Shown here piece by piece: positions 13,475-27,807 of a stretch of 64,000 bases of DNA. Position numbers and translations under genes: made by a program. The notes under the pieces are model-generated. The model was not told the origin of the DNA. It did no database searches and saw only the letters and a program-made list of their open reading frames with translations. Within the stretch, counting starts at the first letter, position 1. Each line of letters opens with the position of its first letter. Origin of the DNA: Malacoraja senta (taxonomy: Eukaryota); assembly GCA_038087875.1 (NCBI GenBank), contig JAXLNO010000143.1, positions 1 to 64,000 on the forward strand. Reading direction: 5' to 3'.

Positions 13475-13690
13475 GCACAACGCCACGCGTTAGGCGTACG
13501 CCATCAAGACGCTGCGTACGACATCAAGACACTGCGTACGCCCGTCAAGACGCTGCGTACGCCCTCAATGTGCCTACGGGCCGACAGGCCGTTTTCGCGC
13601 GGGATGTTCGGACAGTGCAAGAATTTTCAAGCGTCCACGTTTGGTCGCGCTAGACGCATGCAATCGCATGCTGGTGGGGACAGGCCCTTA
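13475..13690. mobile_element. Harbinger-like terminal fragment with ~21-bp subterminal repeats
   Basis: CGTACGCC.TCAAGACGCTG about 4 times, ending in GTGGGACAGGCCCT|TAA. Confidence 0.5.
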
Positions 13691-14528
13691 ACTTGCCTCT
13701 CACACACAGGCACACACAAACACACATTGATATAAATATATATACAAGTTAAAGTTAATTTTGTGCACAGTGTGTGTTAAAACAATACAAGGGAAGCTGC
13801 ACAATACAATGCAAGGAAAACTACGCAAAGGTGGCAGCTGGGGAGGAAAGATGGGAGGGAAATGGGGGAACAGGGGGAAAACATTTACAATAAAATTAAC
13901 TAAAATATGTGAGGTGATAGATGCGCTATATCAAACACTGTTCCCTACAACACTGATTACACCAAGGATGATAGAGCGAGTGCACAGCGGGAGGCATACC
14001 GGAAGTCGCGTTTGGCTTAAACAAATGACGGCAGTGACGTTCCGTTACGTACGACACGTCAGCCCATTGGATTTCGGAGGAGTAGTCTATTTTGCTCCTC
14101 TATAATCTTTGGTCACAACAATCTCTCTATGCGCTCGAGCTCACAATTTGCCATGAGGCACTGACTGAAACAGCAGTTCCAGCAGAACCACGATCGGAGC
14201 ACCTGCGGGAAGACAGGCAAATCACACATTCCTGTGTACCCGACTCATCGTCCACAAACAGTGAATCCATGACAATGCTCAGTGTCAACAATACCAAAGT
14301 TGCTGCAAAGATGTAATGTCATGTCTTTATCAGACTTCCAAAGAATTCACAACAACGAAACTGTCATGAAAACAAACTCCAAGTTACATCCATTTATGGG
14401 GGGGAGTTGCAACCGGTTGGTAAGGTCACATTACAATGCCAATCTCAGGTTTACAATGTGGATTTCTTCATTGTTGGCTTGGTACGGCAACCTGAGCTTC
14501 AAGGAGCTGAAGAGCCAGGATACGCTGA

Positions 14529-17193
14529 AACCCCTGTCTCACGGTGCGAGTCCACCCACGAGTGATCCCGAGTTAAAAACAAACACGTGGTAATCATGTA
14601 GAATTAACGTAGCGGGAACGTCGGAACTCGTGGACGTAACTTAGCGACTCGTAACGCTAACGGCAGGTACTCGGGAAACTTGTTAACTCGTGTTGAAAGA
14701 TTTCCACGAGTCAAATTTACTCTTGAAGGAAAAATTTGAAACTTTTAAACTCGTTGTAATACTGTAGTAGCCCGTGAGTTTACCGTAGTGACTAGTGAGT
14801 AACTCGTGGGTTTGGCCTGAGTGCCAGAAGTGAAATGTTGAAGATTAGTCAGATCTTAATGGAAAATTTTACAGTGATCTAACAATTCAGTTAAGGAGCA
14901 AAAAGCACTCACCGGGGATCTGAGAAACGGTGGCAAAAAGAATGAACCATGCAGTGTGGGGAAAGCCGCATTGCGAGAGTTAATTCGTTCCCTTCAGAAC
15001 ATTAACTTTTCACATTGAAACGGTGCCATGAATCCTTGTTATGTTAATTCACTTTTTATGGAGAAGCAGATATATGGAACAGGTGTCCCGTCTCAGGATT
15101 TATATCCGACAAATTAACATCAGTTATTGAAGGCTGATGTGTTTATACAGGGGATTTTCTCAGGCATCACTTTCCACCCAGTCTGTCCACGTTAGAGAGC
15201 AATTGGTCAAAACAATATTGTAAATGGGATGTTTTATTTTATTATTTTACAAATGGGAATTTTATAAATGTTATCAATTATAAATGGGAAGGAACTGCAG
15301 ATGCAGGTTTAATCCAAAGAAGGGTCTCGACCCGAAACGTCACCTATTCCTTCTCTCCAGAGATGCCGTCTGTCCCGCTGAGTTACTCTAGCTTCTTGAT
15401 AAATGAATCGTTGGAAGCTCCTTCATGGCGTGTTACTATTCAGAGTTTTAAGTGTATTTGTACTAACCCGTGCTATATGCTTGCCAAAGATAGGAGGCGT
15501 TCAGTGGGGAAGTTCACAAAATAAGTTCACAAGTTCAAGAAGGAACTGCAGATGCTGGAAAATCGAAGGCAGACAAAAGTGCTGGAGAAACTCAACGGGT
15601 GCAGCAGCATCTATGGAGCGAAGGAAATAGGCAACGTTTCGGGCCGAAACCATTCTTCAGTCTGACCCGCAAACAAGCTGCATTGGTAATTAAGACCAGA
15701 GATATTTTTGTGTGTTATGTAAAATAAATTAATTTCAGGTTCTTTACATCACAAGTATTTTCCTAAAAAGTTACCCACAACTTTATGTTGTAAATGTGTT
15801 GGTTTCAGTCCAGCAAAAACACATAAGTCCTTAATGACATTTCATAGAAACACAGCGAGAGAGTGTGAGATGTAGATGGGATACAACTCCAATTTTTAAC
15901 TAACCCCTGTGTTTGTGTATTCATATTTTTCTAATAAATTATGGTATCTACACCAGATGATAGTGTACCACAATATAGGAAAACATTCTCATATTTACAA
16001 TTAAGGGCCAATTGTATTTGGGTTTTTAATGAAAACTCAGTTTACCCGAGTTTAAATTGAAACTTGGGCCAGGCGCTGAGAAACTCTGGGACGCCAGTGC
16101 TGAAGAGAACATCTGAGCTTTGTCTTTCATTCAGAGGTTCGCGGGCGGGCTGGGGTGACTGTAGGGCTCTACCAACTTTGTTTCCCAGGGCTGGGGTTAG
16201 TGTGAAAGGGGTGGTTTCTGGGCAGATCTGCCCAATCTGCAATGTTTTGAGCCGCAGCTTTTTACATAGTTTAAGTCGCGATGGTGGGACGGCTGCTCTG
16301 ACGGACATACTGAGTGAGTAGAGAGACACACACTGCTATCCCTCTGGTCTACGGACCTTGCTGTCGGGGGAAAAAATAACGTTAATGTTCAATTTACCTA
16401 ATCTTTTTCTTTAGAAGTTTACCAACGTTTTGATGAGAGATAAATTAAGGGAATAAAACAATCTTACTAGACACAAAAAGCTGGAGTAACTCAGCCAAGC
16501 CGGCAGCATCTCTGGAGAGAAAGGTCGAAACGTTTTTTCAGTTTGAAGAAGGGTCTCGACCAGAAACGTCACCCATTCCTTCTCTCCAGAAATGCTGCAT
16601 GTCCCGCTGAGTTACTCCAGCATTTTGTATCTATCTTCGGTGTAAACCAGCATCTGCAGTTCCTCCCGACACAAAACAGCCCATGCCTTTCAATGATTGA
16701 TGCCAGACCTTGAACAAATGCAGTTCAAAATGGACTTTTGAATGCAATTTTGGAAGGATTGTTTCTTGAAACAAACTGCTCTAAAAGTTTGAAGGAAGGA
16801 ATTGCAGATACTAGTTTAAACCAAAGATAGACACAAAATGATGGATTCTCAGCTGGTCAGGCAGCATCTCTGGAGAAAAGAAATAGGTGATATTTCGGGT
16901 CGAGATCGTTCTTCAGGCTGGGTCTTTTTATACTGAGAAAAAAAACTGCATGACATAATTTTTACCATGTGATGATTTTTCCACACGTCGGTAGTCGTTC
17001 TTGGCTCAAGAGTAACTCGGGAGAGGAACTTGGTACATCGCAGAAATGAGAAGTAAACGGCAAACTTTAACATAAACGCGGGAACTCGTTTAAACTCGTG
17101 AACATAAACTTGGAATCTCGTAGACAACCACGAGTTTGATTTTTTCTTTCACTCGGGAACACTCGTGGGTGGACGCACCGTGAGACAGGGCCA
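14529..17193. mobile_element. Non-autonomous PIF/Harbinger-like element
   Basis: Imperfect TIRs CCCTGTCTCACGGTGCG(AG)TCCACCCACGAGTG at both ends, flanked by 3-bp TGA; many subterminal ACTCG motifs. Confidence 0.72.
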
Positions 17194-17199
17194 TGAGGC

Positions 17200-17720
17200 A
17201 CAAGAAGGAACATTGCCGTCTGTACTTTCTGAGGAGGCTCCGCTCTTTCGAGGACTGCAGGAAGATGCAGCAAACGTTCTATCAATCAGTGGTGGCCAGT
17301 GCCATCTTCTATGCTGTCGTGTGCTGGGGTAGCAGAACAAAGGCCGCGGATGCCAACAGAATCAACACGCTCATTAGGAAGGCTGGCTCCGCCCTGGGAA
17401 TGGAGTTGGATTCATTGGAGTTGGTCTGGGAAAGGAGGATGCTCCTCAAACTGCAGAGTATCTTGGACAATACATCTCACCCCCCCCCCTCCATGGCACA
17501 CTGATCAACCTAAGGTGCACCTTTAGCAACAGGCTGGTCCCACCAAGGTGCAGCACAGAACGCCACAGGTGATCCTTTTTTACTGTGGCTATCAAACTGT
17601 ACAACTCCTCGCCCTTGACCCCCCCCTCACATTTTGCAAATTCCTCATCCTGGACTTTTCCATTCGATAATTTAATTTCATGTTTGTGCAATATTACATA
17701 TGTGCTGTGCAATAAAGGGT
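17200..17720 (+). mobile_element. Rex1/Babar LINE 3' fragment
   Basis: RLYFLRRLRSF...FYQSVVASAIFYAVVCWG. Confidence 0.8.
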
Positions 17721-17859
17721 CAGTTTAATTGCATTATTATTATAATGCACAGGACACTTTCAATCCGTTGTAAATATCTTTTGCCTGTTGGCAGACCAAC
17801 AGATAAATAAAGTTGTATCGTATAGTATGAGTTTTAGTGAGATGGTCACTCCTAAGGTG

Positions 17860-19235
17860 AAGGCTGGGGGGTGTTGTGGCTGCGAGGGTGACCGGTCCTC
17901 ACCCTGTCACGGTGGGTGTCGAAGAGAGACGTGTGCATGGAGCGATTCCGGCCGGGCTTACCCCCACTCCGTCGGAATTGTTCATAGGACCCATGGCCCG
18001 GGTCCCTCCCCGAGAGCCGGCCCCAGGCAACATGAGCCGCCTTTCCGAGATGCCCAGCGTGCCGTTCTGTGACGCGGAGAGGCGCGTGTTGTACAGACTC
18101 CTACGCCGCCTGTCACTTCTGCGGTGAGGAGGCATCCGTGTACCATTTGTATGTACAACGTGAGAGGTTGCAGCCCCTGTTCGAGTATCTGAAGGGGCTG
18201 CTCCTCAAGTTCAGGCTCCATTTTAGCCCTGATTTCTGGGCACCCAGTACAGAGGGGGGAGGGTCAGGAGGGAGGAGGGGGGTCTCCGTGTCTGTCTGCT
18301 CCTGGGCCTGGCAAAGATGGCCATTCACTGGTCCAGGCAGCAGGCAGTCGACGGCCGCACAGGGGTCGGCTGCCTGCCCCTTTTCCGGGGTTACGTGTCC
18401 CTGGAGAGGGAACACGCGGTGTCCACGGGGATGCTGGAGGTCTTCTGTGAACGCTGGTCGAGTGTATTATAGACAAGGACGGCGGGATTTTAATTTGAAT
18501 TTTTGTTTTGTTTGTAAACTGCCGATACAGGCAGCTTTTGATATGAATGCTATACTACTTTGTATGTTGATTTTGTTTTTGGAATTAAATATTTGTTTAA
18601 AAAAAAAAGGTGAAGGCTGCATCATTGGGGTCCTGGGGGGAGAATATATGGGGTGGCATCTGTTACATTCCACAGACCTGTGGCATGTAACAGATATTTA
18701 AGTTGGCTCATGGACTCGCCAGCCGCCTGTCACTTCTGCAGCGAGGAAGAGACCGTGTTCCATGTCTATATGGAGTGTGAGAGTGCAGCCCGTTTGACTA
18801 TCTGAAGGGGATGCTCCTCAAGTTTTGGCTGCACTTTAACCCCACGCTCCTGATCTTTGGTCACCCAGTAGAGGGGGGAGGGTCGATAGGGAGGGGGCAT
18901 CACCCTGACGGTTTGTTCCTGGGCCTGGCCAAGATTGCCTTTCGCAGATCCAGCAGCGGGCAGTCAAGGGTTCTGCACCAGTCTACTACCTGCCCCTCTT
19001 CCGGGTCTACGTCCATGCCCGTGTGTCCCTACAGAGGGAGCAAACGGTATCCAGGAGGAGTCTAGAGGCCTTCCGTGAATGCTGGTCACCACGGGGAGTC
19101 GAGTGTTTGGAGATGAAGTTGACAATATTTTAATTTGATAACTATTTGATTGTAACTTGCCAATGGTAGTCTTGATTTTATTATTATTCTGTATTTGTGT
19201 TTGTTTGAATGAAAGCTATTTGTATTTAAAAAAGA
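17860..19235 (+). mobile_element. Two tandem Tx1/L1-clade 3' fragments (about 17860-18608 and 18700-19235)
   Basis: CHFCGEEASVYHLY and CHFCSEEETVFHVY C-terminal zinc knuckles, T-rich 3' UTRs and A tails. Confidence 0.75.
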
Positions 19236-19924
19236 AGTGAAGGCTGCAGGTAGTTTTGTGACCACAGGGAAGACAAAGGAAGAGGCACACAGTGCAGGCA
19301 GTACTGTCGCCATTGCCCTCAGTAACACATTTCAGATACTGTTGGGGGAAGATGACCTTTCTGAAGGCAGCAGCAGTGGCCATGTCCGTGGCATCAAATC
19401 AATTCTGCATGAATACATCATCTTCACCGCATAATGAAGCAAATCAACTTCGCACCAGCAAAATGACTCAAAACTGCCTTGCATCAACAACCATCACAAG
19501 AATGGACTGTGACAATGCATCTTCCCTAAGTGGGAGTACTGACCACTAAACAATTGCTGGGAAGTCAAACCAAGGACACACTCCATGTTATGTGGCACTA
19601 CAATCATGCTAAATGGGATGGAGTCCAAACAAATCTGGAGGCTCAAAACTTGGTATGCACGAGTTTACTGGTTTTGACTTGGCCTCTTTGGCCTGAAATG
19701 TTAACTCTGTTACTCTTCTCACAGATGTTCACTGACCTGCTGAGTGTTTCCTGCATTTTCTGTTTCTTTGAGTTTCTATCAGAAAGTGAACAGCTGCAAG
19801 TTCCTGGGTCAGGAATCTTCATATTTCTGAAGATCTGTCCTGAGCTTGGCACATTGATGTAATCACAAGGCAAGCTCATCAACAATTGTACTTCCTTGGA
19901 AGATCGAGGAGATTTGTTATGTCA

Positions 19925-21310
19925 ACAAATACTCCATTGAAGGTCCACAGATAGAGATTACATTGAGTGGTTGCATTGCGGCCTGGTTTCGCAAATCAAA
20001 CGCCCAGGAATGGAGATTACAGAATTCTGTAGACACTGCCTGAATCATCACAGGTACTAACATCCCTAACGTCAAAAGGATTTTTTGGAGGCGCTGCCTC
20101 AAAAAGGGCAGTCACTATCATCAAAGACCCACACCTCCCTGGCCATGTTCTTATTTCACGCCTACCATCAGGAAAGTGGTGCAGGAGCCTGAAAACCATG
20201 ACCTCCAGGTCAAGACTAGCAGCAACCATCGCACTATATATCACAGACCTTGGCAACTTTAAACCAGTCCTGCAATGGACCAGAACTTTACTTCACTCGA
20301 TGCCAGATCCACGCTCTCAACAAACGCTTCTTCACCTATCTGGGCTCCACTAAGGATCACAAGCTTGCACGTCTCCAGACCAGTCCCTCCATTGACACTC
20401 CTCGAATCGACCGCTGCAGCTCCACTACTGGACCATGCCACCTGCCCTACCACCATGGGGCCAAGACACGCGATGACATAGCTGCCAAGAGGAGCAGCAC
20501 CCACATCCACCACCGCTACATTGACGACTGGATTGGTGCTACCATCCTGCATTCAAGATACACTTGGACCATCTCCTACATCTCCCTACCTTTTCTTAAT
20601 CTCACCGTCTCCATCACAGGAGATGGTCCAAGACTATCAACTGACAATGACTCCCACAGCTATCTAGGCTACATGTCTTACCACCCCGCTTCCTGTAAAG
20701 ACCCCTACACCCAATTCCTCCGTCTACGCCGCATCTGCGCCCAAGATGAGGTGTTCCATACCAGGACATCCGAGATGTCCCCATTGATTAGGGACAGAGG
20801 ATCTCCTCGGTACCCCGCAGCTCCGCTCTTGCTCCCCTTCCCTCCAGTTGTGACAGGAACAGAGTCCCCCTAGTCATCCAATACAGCAGATAATCCTCCG
20901 ACATTTTTGCCACCTCCAACGGGATCCCACCACAAGGCACATCTTCCCATCTCCACCCCTTTCCGCAGGGACCGTTCCCTATGTAACTCCCTGGTCAACT
21001 CGTCCCTTCCCAAACTTCCTCCTCTCCAGGTACTTTCCCCTACAACCGCAGGAGATGCAACACCTGAGCAGGAGATGAACCTATACTTCCCTCCTCTACT
21101 TCATCCAAGGACCCCAATAACCTTTTCAGGTGAGGCAGAGGTTCACTTGCACCACCTCCAAGCACATTTACTGTATCTGCTGTTCTAGGTATACCTGTAA
21201 TGTGCTCTCTGAAAGTGAAGGGGGCCATTCATACATGAGCACATTCACATTTTCTGCAAGTCCATCCAGGTGTGGACTCTTATATATCAGCGAGACCGAG
21301 CGCAGGACTC
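19925..21310 (+). mobile_element. Rex1 fragment (about 19925-20215) followed by a deleted Penelope element (about 20230-21310)
   Basis: IIKDPHLPGH..LPSG; then RYIDDWIGA, LPFLNLTVSITGD, QFLRLRRIC and LLYISETER (GIY-YIG remnant). Confidence 0.75.
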
Positions 21311-23924
21311 CCGCTTTTGCATTATTATGGCTACCTAGTATTATGGTTATAAATGTATTCCATTTTTTTATTCCTGTTTTATCTGTGTGTGTGAGTCAAG
21401 CCTGTTAAGCTGCTAGCTGCAAGAATGTAATCGTTCTGTTACCGGTACATACGACAATTAAACACTCTTAACTCTCCAAGAATTACTGTGGGGCGTCAGC
21501 AGAAATGCAACCCCCCACATTCTACAATGTCATGACTTAGCAGATTCCTCATTCTTCTCATCTTTTCAGTCAAGCCAGCGGGTCAAGACTGGTTCAATGA
21601 GGAGTGCAGAAGGGCAGCTTCAGGTTAGTGCAAAAATGATGACATGCCAGCTCAGTGCATCTTCAATACCATGCATGATCCACAGTAAAAGCAGCACACG
21701 CAGGCAGCATCCCTGGAGAGAAGGAACAGGCCCCGTCCAAGGAAGGAGATGGCCGGAGGCCCACAACAGGCTAGGATGTGTCGGGATGTGTCATAAGAAC
21801 AAGAGCGTGGACTTTTAAAATGGCACTAAAACATGGCACCTCTTGCATACGAGCACTGCAGACTATTTCTGTACACTTGCTAATCGAGGATCAGGGGTAT
21901 GGCAATACTGTACAGGACGCTTTGTGTGAAAAATAATTTATTCTGTCTGACATAAGGAAAGGTTTTAAATTGAAGAAAACGACAAGGAACCAACGTGAAA
22001 ACCTGTCTGCTCCGAAACATTCTCTTAAAGAAGCTTCTACTGAAAAATGCTGGAGAACTAAGTCACTGGGTAAGAACAAATCACTGCATGCATCTTTCTT
22101 CAAACTGTAAGCTTTACTTGTTTTAATATGTAATGCATATTCCCCATTCAGAAAGAATGTGACTTGATTTGTATTTTACTGGCATCTTTAGGTAGCAGCT
22201 ATCTAATTCATATTGCACATGCCTGCTATGTTTCATTCTTTCAATAGGCGAAGACAATGAAACCATGCATCTTGTATTCACTGGAGTTTAGAAGGATGAG
22301 GGGGAATCTTATAGAAACAAGGAATTCCATAAATTCACAACTCTCTGGGTGAAAAAGTTTTTTCTCACCTCAGTCTTAAATGACCTCCTCTTTATTCTAA
22401 GACTGCGGCCCCTGGTTCTGGACTCGCCCAACATTGGAAACATTTTTGCTGCATCTAGCTTGTCCAGTCCTTTATAATTTTATATGTTTCTATAAGATTC
22501 CCCCTCATCCTTCTAAACTCCAGTGAATACAAGCCTAGTTTTTTCAATCTTTCCTCATATGACAGTCCCGCCATACCAGGGATCAATCTCGTGAACCTAC
22601 GCTGCACTGCCTCAATCACAAGGATGTCCTTCCTCAAATTAGGAGACCAAAACTGTACACAATACTCCAGATGTGGTCTCACCAGAGCCCTATACAACTG
22701 CAGAAGAACCTCTTTACTCCTATACTGAAATCCTCTCGTTATGAAGGCCAACATTCCATTAGCTTTCTTCACTGCCTGCTGTACCTGTAAGCCAACTTTC
22801 AATGACCGGTGTACAAGGACGCCCAGGTCTCGCTGCACCTCCCCCTTACCTAACCAAACCCCATTGAGATAATAATCTGCCCCCTTGTTTTTGCCGCCGA
22901 AGTGAATAACCTCACATTTATCTATATTATACTGCATCTGCCACGCATCTGCCCACTCACTCAACCTGTCCAGGTCACCCTGCAACCTCCTAACATCCTC
23001 TTCACAGTTCACACTGACACCCAGCTTTATGTCATCTGCAAACTTGCTAGTGTTGCTCCTAATTCCCTCTTCCAAATCATTAATATATATGGTAAACAGT
23101 TGTGGCCCCAACACTGAGCCTTGCGGCACTCCACTCGCCACTGCCTGCCATTCTGAAAAGGACCCGTTCACTCCTACACTTTGCTTCCGGTCTGCCAACC
23201 AATTTTCTATCCATGTCAACACCCTACCCCCAATAACATGTGCTCTAATTTTAGTCACCAGTCTCACGTGTGGGACCTTATCAAAGGCTTTATGAAAGTC
23301 TAGATACACTACATCCACTGGCACCCCTTCATCCATTTTACTTGTCGCATCCTCCAAAAATTCCATAAGATTAGTCAAGCATGATTTCCCTTTCATAAAT
23401 CCATGTTGACTAGGACTAATCCTTTTACTGCTATCCAAATGCCCCATTTTACTTCGGAGTCACGTGAAGACCCCGCCAGCACGCATGCGCAACATAACGT
23501 CTCACGCTGTGCAACAGCGACGGGCGGGGGAAGAGCTCTCCCGCGGCAAAGTTTAAAACGGGACCTGCAGGTAGGTTAATCTTATTCGGAGATCGTTTAT
23601 TTTGAACCCTTGCTGTGTTCTGTATTTCAGCAAACATGGACAAGGGAAGGAAAATAAAGAAAGTCGCGTCCCGTACGACTGTGGTGGACCAGGAAGGTTC
23701 CGGCAGAGGGGAGCGACCGACGGCACCGGGACCGCATTCCCTGTAGTCCAGTCACCGACTCTAACACTGCTCAGCCAAGCCCAACGCCGCAAGCTTCTCA
23801 GCTCGAACCAATGCAGCGGGTTGGAGGCAAGGCGAAGCAGAAGTCGGTCCGGCCGATAGACTAGGACGAGTCCGGTCAGGAGGACGCGCTGTCCGAGAGC
23901 TGCAAAGGTGACTGTCTATCCCGC

Positions 23925-24890
23925 ATGGAGCGGTTGATGGAGCAGATGCTCCAACGAGACTTCCTCCGGGAGATGGAGCAAGCTCGCCATGGGAGTGCTC
24001 ACACACCCACAATAGCACCGTATTCTGCGCTGTCCATCAGATCTCCCTCGACAGAGGGGAGCGTTGGGGGGCAGGGCTGGGCTGGCCTGGAAGAGGGGTT
24101 CATGGCTGAAGATACCAGCAGTGTGCTGGGGGTGCAGGACCAGGAAGAGCTGCTGGGAGTGGTCAACAAGTTTGCGGTACCACCCCAAGCGGGGCAACCA
24201 TTACAGGCCAAACTGGCGGCCAGTATAGACTACCTGTCCTTCCACCCTCTGCAGGAACAGGTAGTCAATGAAACAATGGGCAAATATATACCTCCGGAGA
24301 ACTGCATCTCACTAAATGTACCCGCCGTCAACAGCCAAATCTGGGGGTACATTGGGCTGGGCATAAGGGCCCAGGAGGTGAAGCTTCAGAAAATATGAAA
24401 ACTTCTGACTTCAGCCATAACGTCCTACGCTCGTTCCGTTGATGGGGTTGAAATGACGGATAACCAGCAGGACACACTGGCCCTACTGTGTAATACACAG
24501 TATGAAATAAACTGCCTGCGGAAGAACGCCATCAAACCTGCCCTCAACCCCAAATTCGCAGGGTTGTGCAAAACTGCAACTGCACAGCCACAGATACTGC
24601 TGTTTGGAAAAGACTAGTCCAAGCAAATAAAAGAACTGGACGAAGAGTCTAAAGCCGTTGGGCTTATGAGGGCAGCTGCAGGAACGAGCAAAACCACACA
24701 CCCCAGGCGGCAGCACCCCTATGCATCCATCAGCAGGCATCAACACCAGGTTGCTGGTGAAAGCATGAGGGCCGCACATCAACCACGAAGGGCTTTTTTA
24801 GGCCAAGGCCCAGAGCGGCCCTCATGGAAGATGCGCCAACCCCACACTCCGGCGCCTCAACCAGTGAAGAAACAGAGGCCGAAGAAATGA
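23925..24890 (+). pseudogene. DIRS gag-like ORF1 with in-frame stops
   Basis: KYIPPENCISLNVPAVNSQIW and LLFGKD; stops at about 24396 and 24615. Confidence 0.75.
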
Positions 24891-26830
24891 ACATACCACC
24901 AGTAACCATGGAGGTAGGTGGGTCTGGTTCCTTCCAGAACATAAAAGGTGTAGGTCCTGTACTAACAGGGGGAAGGTTACACTTGTTTTGGGAAGCATGG
25001 AGGACTATTACATTTGACAAATATATACTACAAAGTATTCAGGGATACAAAATTGATTTCATCCAAAAAAGTATGCCACCAGTTCAACATGTACCTGACA
25101 GGGAGTTTGTACTCTCACAACGGGAAACATTCAAAGGACATGCAGAACTGGAGAGGTTACATGCTAAAGGAGTTATAGAGAGAACGGAGCATGACTCTCT
25201 GGAATTTGTATCGAACATTTTTACAAAAACTAAGAAAGATGGTGGATGTCGCATCATCATTGACTTAACTAGACTGAATACTTTTGTTAAGTATATACAT
25301 TTCAAAATGGAAACATTTGTTACTGCCAAACAATTAGTTCCCGAAGGATACTTCATGGCATGCATCAATTTAAAAGATGCATAATATTCAGTACCCATTC
25401 ATAAGTATCATTGTAGATACCTACAATTTAACTGGATGGGGCAACTATGGCAGTATAAAGCGTTGCCTAATGGGTTAACATCAGCCCCAAGACTATTTAC
25501 CAAGATATTGAAACCAGCCTTGGCAATACTAAGGAAACAAAAACATATTGTTATGGCAAATCTTGATGATATTTTGATTGTGGGGAAAACCCTGGAATTA
25601 GCTAAATCAGCGGTTTTAGCTACCAAACATCTGTTTGAAACACTGGGGTTTATCATACATACATCTAAGTTGACACCATCCACAACTATGGACTATCTGG
25701 GATTCACAATTAACTCTGTCCACATGTCTGTAACATTGCCAAAGGACAAAGCAGCAGAGTTGGTGGAAGCCTGCAACAAATTGATTGTTACTAATCAACC
25801 ATCTATTCGACAGGTGGCAAAAGTGATTGGGAAACTAGTAGCAGCATTTCCAGCTACTTAGTTTGGACCTTTGCATTACCAAAATTTACAAAGGGCAAAG
25901 GTGCAAGCGCTAAAACAACATGAAGGTCATTTTGATCGACATATGCAATTACCAGCCAAAGCAATTTCGGAGTTACAATGGTGGAGAGAAAACATTTGGC
26001 ATAGTTCCAGCCCCATCGTTATCAGTAACCCATCATTCACATTATAAACGGATGCCAGTGCTAAGGGCTGGGGAGCAACTAACACTATATCTAGTACTGG
26101 TGGTAGGTGGAACATACAAGAATCATCACTACTACAGACACTGGGTATAAATTACTTAGAAATGTTGGGTGCGTTTTATGGGCTAAAAGCTTACTGTTCA
26201 GCTATGCACCATTTGCATGTCCGCTTACAAATTGACAATACCACAGTGGTGGCTTATATTAATCATATGGGTGGAATAAAATCGATATCGTGTGACGATC
26301 TGGTCAGCACAATCTGGCAATGGTGTGTCGACAGACATATTTGGCTATCAGCAACTTACCAACCAGGTAAGCTCAATACAGTGGCAGACACCAGGTCACG
26401 GAAATTTAATGACAACACCGAATGGATGTTGAACCACAAAGTATTTGCTGATAGTACAATGCGGTATGGTACACCTGATATCGATCTCTTTGCATCCAGA
26501 CTGAATCACCAGTTACCAACATATGTCGCTTGGGAACCAGACCCTGAGGCAGCAGCGATGGACGCTTTTTCGCTGAATTGGGGAAAATTGTTTTTCTATG
26601 CCTTCCCCCCCTTCTGCCTCATCAGTCGGGTCCTACGCAAAATACAAATGGACTCAGCTTCAGGTATTTTGGTAGTACCCGATTGGCATACACAGCCATG
26701 ATTCCCTGTGGTCCTCGACATGGTCTCTGAACCACTCATGACCATTCCCAAAAGACCAGATCTCTTGGTCCATCCTGTTACGGGCGAAAGTCATCCGTGC
26801 CATGACAGGATAAATCTGTTGGCTTGAAGA
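24887..26830 (+). pseudogene. DIRS pol (RT, RNase H, adenine-methyltransferase-like domain) with stops
   Basis: GGRLHLFW, RIIIDL, LPNGLTSAPRLFTK, NLDDILI, TDASAKGWGA, DNTTVVAYINHMGG, DLFASRLN, YAFPPF. Confidence 0.9.
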
Positions 26831-27807
26831 ATTTGAAAAGACCTCTGTTGGATCTGGGATTATCGGACAGGACCATGAACATGATCACGGCGGCCTCCCG
26901 AGAATCGACCAAGAAGCAGTACCTCTCCAGCATTCGGAAGTGGGAAACGTACTGCTCAAGGACTGGGGTAGCATACAAATCAGCTACAATTACCAATGTC
27001 CTGGAGTTCCTATCCAGCCTTCACTTTGATGAAGGACTGAGTTACAGCACAATTAACAGTGCTAGGAGTGCTCTGTCAGCATATTAATGGCAGGTACCAT
27101 GACAGCAGTCCATGGGATCCCAGCCTCTAGTTGCCAAACTAATGAGGGTTATCTACAACACCAATCCCCCCAGACCAAGGTACACCCAGATCTGGGACAT
27201 CAGTGTTGTACTGACATTACTAAGGGGTTGGTCACCAGCAATGTCCATGTCCCTGGAACAGCTCACACTAAAAACAGTAATGCTGATGGCTTTGGTCTCA
27301 GCTCAAAAGGTCCAGTCCCTATACAAATTAAGATTGGACAATATGAAATCATCAACTGACAAGATAACCTTCCAGATCTTGGAGTTGGTCAAACAGAATA
27401 CACCGGGAACTTCGGGACTGAGTTTGGAATTCCGGGCATACCCACCTGACCCCCGTTTGTGTGTCATGACACACCTACTGCTTTATCTTAGGACAACAAA
27501 AGCCTTAAGAGGAAGCGAAATGGCATTATGGGTTAGCTTCAAACAGCCTCATGGACGGGTGTCAGTACAGACCATCTCAAGATGGCTCAGACAGGTTCTG
27601 GGGGCTGCTGCGGTGGATACTGACATTTTTAAATCTCACTCCACCAGGGCAGCAGCAACATCGGTGGCCAGAAATATGGAGGTACCAATGGACCATATCC
27701 TGGCGACAGCAGGATGGTCTACGGAAAAGACTTTCCAAATATGTTATAATAAGCCGATCGCCAAACCTGCAGTGTTTCCAGAAAGAATTTTAAGTTCTGC
27801 AATATAA
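26824..27807 (+). pseudogene. DIRS tyrosine recombinase, frameshifted near 27090
   Basis: LSYSTINSARSALS, FKSHSTRAAATS and ILATAGWSTEKTFQICYNK; the first catalytic Arg position reads K (SAQKVQSL). Confidence 0.9.
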
